Shown: one piece after another, positions 59,807 through 64,000 of the stretch
Layout of the letters: each line of letters starts with the position of its first letter
Numbering within the stretch: the first letter of the stretch is position 1
Translations under genes and position numbers: made by a program
Assembly: GCF_009914755.1 (NCBI RefSeq)
Contig: NC_060925.1
DNA length: 64,000 bases
Source: the human T2T-CHM13v2.0 reference genome, Homo sapiens
Reading direction: 5' to 3' (one strand)
Notes under the pieces: generated by a model
The model's database searches: none
What the model saw: the letters and a program-made list of their open reading frames with translations, nothing else
Told to the model about the DNA's origin: nothing

Positions 59807-61848
59807 GCTTGGTGCAAGCTTGACCCCAACTTTGTTCCTGGCCTTCCCCAGCCCTGGCTTCTGGTCACCGTGTTGGGAGAGCTGAGCCTCCCTGTTTCAA
59901 GAGAAGGCCCAGGTGGTGAGGCCTCAGGTTTACAGAGCAGAGTGGATGATGGGGAAGCCCTCGCACGTTCTGTCTCTGCCTTTTGGTGTCACTCACCCAT
60001 GCCCGTTATCTTCCATTCTCTGATCTTCTCTTTCCTCTTTCCTTTCTCCTTCATTACCCCTTCCACCCCCACACTCTCAGAGCCTTCCTTTCAGCCTATT
60101 TTTGAACATCCCTGAGGATAATGTCTTTTCTGTGGCTCCTGGGAGGCGCCACTACCAGCTGTGGCTCGTTAGCTGTGCTGGAAAAACTCTCGCGTTGTGC
60201 CTCAAGGGCAAGAGGAGTCTCTGGTTCCACTTGGCACTCAGAGGGGGACCAGGGATGTCTCAATGGTGGGAACAATGGGGAGTGTGACCTTGGAGCTGGA
60301 AGCAGGGCTCTGACCCCCTGCAGGAGGGATGAGAGTGCCCTCACCTCTAGTGAGAACTGAGGCCCTGCGCCGGCCCCAGCCAAACAGTGAGGGCGTGCAG
60401 ACCTTGCCCAGGAAGGCCAATTTCTCAGTGCAAAGGGAGCCATGGCCAGGGAACCCGGCCCGGGTCCTCCACCTCTGAAGCTGAGCTAGGCATCTGCAGG
60501 CCAGGGTGAGGGGCTGCCCTGTGTGACCCGCCGGACCCAGGCATAGAGCAGCACCTGAGTCAGGCTGTCCCAGAGCACTGGCAGCTTCACTGCAGGGGCA
60601 GGCTGGCTCTGCTGACGCCAGACGCTCAGTCTGGGCAGAGACTTCTCAGTGGGGGCAGAGAGTAGGTGCTTCTCTGGCTAATCTGCCTCCCAGCTCTGTG
60701 TTTGATAAGGCCCAAGTCCAACTTTACAGATTGCAAATTGACCTTATTTCTCTTTGGCATCACAGAAAAACAACCTATAATCCACCAAGCCAGATATGAG
60801 CGGGCCTGACCTGTGGATCCTCTGCCCACCTGACAGACATCTGCTCATTTGTCGGGAACCCCTCAAGAGACAACTCCTCCCTGCAGCCGGCCCCTCACTT
60901 CCCCCCACCCATGGAGCACTGATCCCAGCCACCAGGGCCTGACACAAGGGCCCATCACCATGGCATCTAGCAAACACGTTTCTCACGCTTTGGGTTGTAT
61001 TTATCTCTTCCCCACCTAGCTATGAATTCTGCAAGGGCGAGAGGAATGTGGGTTGAATCTGCTGCACATGGTAGCACTTGATAAGCGGTTCCTGAATGAA
61101 TGAGTGAATGGCAGCCAGTCCTTCCCATTCTGAGGCAGAGGTGCAGCCAGGAGAGGGCGTGTACACAGGTCTGACTGACCACAGTGGGAGGGGACTGACC
61201 CTCATCCCTTGGTCGCAGCTGGACTTTCCTTCTAGGCCCGATCTCCCTGGCGCCCCACCCTGCACCCATCTGCCTGGGCCCACTCTCCTGGGCATGTTAT
61301 CAGGGATGCACAGACTGCTCCATGTTCGAGGGGACTGAGGCACATCCATCACCCTCGTGCCCTGGGTGCTGCTGCATCCCCAGAGCCTGACTCTGTGCCT
61401 TGGACTTAGTAGATGCTCGAATCACAGTTCGCAAACCCATGCAAGAGTCTCTGATTTGGGTTTCGCTTTCCTTCCCCCTGCCTGTGTCCACTCTATAAAG
61501 GCAGAAAGGAACCTGCTGGAGCTGGGTCCTCCCCGAGAGGCTTGCAGTTCCAGAACAGGCAAAAACAATGGCTTCCCACAGGTTTACAAAACAAGGAGCA
61601 GGCTATAGCCCCGAGGAAGCTGCAGGACCCTCATCGGTTCCAACTCCTGTGGAACTGATGAGGACTAAAGGGGCCTTCCTGTGGCCATCTGGGTCCCGGA
61701 GGTGGGCGGCTTTCTAGGCTCCCCAGCCTGCCACACCCCTTGAGGCCACCCCACCCAGCTTCAAGCCTCAGCCCTAACTTCCAAAGGTGCAGCTGTGCCA
61801 GGGTGCGGGTGGGGAAGACACTGTCTCCTGGGGAGACCTCCATCTTAC

Positions 61849-62127
61849 CTCTGAGGTCAGCCTCTGCTCAGGTGCAGCGTCACAGCAGGGGGCCTGCGTT
61901 CTGCTTCCCAGTCTGGGAGAAGAGAGTGTCTGGATATTTTCAGGAAAAAAAAAGAAAGTTGAGCAGCCACAGCAGGGCAGGGCAGTCTACATCCTCAAGT
62001 CTCCCTCAGCTTCTCTGCTGCTGCCGGCTGGCCTCAAGATTTTGCCTCTCTTTGGTTCTCTGAGAAGTTTTACCAAGAGAAGAGACAGGAGGAGAGATCC
62101 AGCCTGGACTATTGTTTGTGGGGTGTG

Positions 62128-62175
<48 letters not shown>

Positions 62176-62250
62176 CGTGTATGTATCCCGCGAGGCTGGA
62201 GCCACAGCTTCCCTGATGAACCATGGAGGCGGGCCAGCTCCTGAGCTGCG
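61849..62250 (-). other. RD3: RD3 non-coding exon 1 (5'UTR)
   Basis: Strong donor GAG|GTAAGA (GT at 61848-61847) about 10.3 kb upstream of exon 2, in line with the recalled gene structure. The TSS is approximate and cannot be derived from sequence alone. Confidence 0.6.
62131..62172. repeat. (GT)21 microsatellite
   Basis: Directly visible perfect dinucleotide run. Confidence 0.97.
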
Positions 62251-63030
62251 GTTGCCCTGGAGACCCACCTAAGCCTCTTTGCCTGGAGCAGCATTATCTG
62301 TAGAGGGAGTGGCTGATCTGACACAAAAGCCTGAGGCGACCCAGGCCCAGGCAGTGAGGGAGCACTTGTGTCCAGATGGCATTCTGTCCGCTTCCTCCTC
62401 CAGCCGGTGCTCAGTGTGGCACAAACTGGGCAAGACCATTCTCACCCAACCCTCTGCTGAGCCCTAGGTGTACCTGCTGTTGGCAAATGTTTCCAGCTGC
62501 CTGGTGGGTGGCTCCTGGATGGAGATCCCCTCTTTCTATCAGCTCCCTCCTACAGGGAAGGGGTGATTCTGGGTGCTGAGGACAGGGACCTGTGAAGATA
62601 CATCTCCGCCTTTGCCCCACCACATCCCTTGCCTGTCTTCCTCTCTGCTTATCTAAATTATTTCCTTCCCTCAAGGCAAGCTCAAGAGCAGACAGTTCTG
62701 ACTTTCAGAAGGAGGGGCTGTCCAGGGAGAAGAGGAACATGGAACAGAAAGCATTGACGTTGAGGTATTTGAGATAACATTTGGGGATAGCAGAAGCATC
62801 CTGTTGCTGTTCTGCAGCATCCCACACTCATGTCTGGGCCTCCTTCCTGTCTCTGCTCTCTGGTCACGCTGTCACTTGTAGACTGTTCTGCCTAGAAGCC
62901 ATGTGTGGGCCAGCTTGCACCTAACAGACATTAGGTAGCACTAAAACAGATGCACGCTGCCCTGTGAGGGGCATGGGAATACTGTAATGGGCATGAAGCT
63001 GCATTATAATAGATCTTAGGTAATCCTGTG
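62250..63030 (-). promoter_or_regulatory. RD3: Putative RD3 promoter with CRX/OTX2-type motifs
   Basis: CTAAGCC at 62269-62275 and TAATCC at 63021-63026, upstream of the inferred exon 1. Confidence 0.4.
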
Positions 63031-64000
63031 CTGGGTGATAGCGTGACTTTTGCACACATCTGGTTTTGATTGTGTTGGAAATAAAGCAGAAAGTACAACC
63101 AAGAATAAATTAAACAATGGCTGATGAAATGGACTCAGGTTGCCCACCTGCCTGCCTGCATGATTTCGTCCCTGGGTGATTTGTCACTTCGTGCTTGCTC
63201 TGTGGCTGGTTCCACTCAGCTGGTTCCATCCGCCTTCCCTCTTCATCCATCAAGCAGGCAAGATTCTTGAGTCAGGAGTTGGATCATATACTTCTCTTGA
63301 CCAGTTCACAGCACGACAGCCCCAAAGATTGAGTGGGTCACTTGGGGATGGAAGATCCCCACATTTGAGGGAGCTGAAGCTGACTTCCTCTGACCCACAG
63401 TTCCCAGGCGGCCTCCACCTCAGGGCCAGCTAAGGCCAGAGTCACCCAAAGCAGGTAACTGGGAGTCCCCACCTCTGAGCACCCCACCACTATCCTGGCA
63501 CTTTCCCAAGGGGCGTGGCTTGGAGGTCCAAGGGCAGAAATTCCCAGGCATTTCCACACTGTAGGGAAGGGAGCAGGGGGATGACAAGACTTTACCTTCC
63601 CTTTAGGAAAGTTGCTGGAGGCAATGAGGAGAGGAGGGCATGGACTAAGTCACATGCTCATCTGTGCAGCACGTATTTCTAAAGCACCATTCTACAGGGG
63701 CACCAAGCTAGGAGCTGGCTGAGCCTGGCTCTCCTCTCTGCACACATCCCAGCCAAGCCTGTGTGTGCTGGATTGCTGGATCAGATGAGGAGGAGGTGGA
63801 AGTCTGGCAGGCAGGTGGGGAGCAGGGACAGCATTAGGGCCCAGAGTTAAAGACTTTTATCTCCAAGTAGTACAACCTTGGGTCTGCTACTGACCATTCT
63901 GTGTTTGAATAAAAACAATTCATCCCTTTTCTATAGCCATGCTTTTGTATTAATATCTCCCCTTCTAATGCACACACAATGAATGTAAATGAGATCATAG

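Overview
Primate DNA, almost certainly human, from the RD3 locus (chr1q32.3 by recall). Left end: a complete + strand non-coding terminal exon (1935-~2152), which I recognise as the 3' end of LINC00467. Right third: the whole RD3 gene on the - strand. It has a non-coding exon 1 (~62250-61849) carrying a (CA)21 repeat and upstream ATGs, coding exons 51499-51204 and 49421-49130 (296+292 nt = 195 aa + stop), and a long 3'UTR to a polyA signal at ~46630. The ~44 kb between the two convergent genes is mostly transposons. One ~1.4-kb Charlie1a DNA transposon has been stretched over ~23.8 kb (11262-35033) by nested insertions: Alus, an ARPC3 processed pseudogene, an MLT1 LTR, an L1MB, and a full-length L1MA1 that itself holds a full-length L1PA4, an SVA and six Alus. 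The most unusual signal is that the SVA (29479-31606) carries many sense-strand A-to-G substitutions, the pattern expected if an ADAR-hyperedited RNA was retrotransposed. Repeat subfamily names and consensus comparisons are from memory and need RepeatMasker/Dfam confirmation. No prokaryote-type system (CRISPR, operon) is present.
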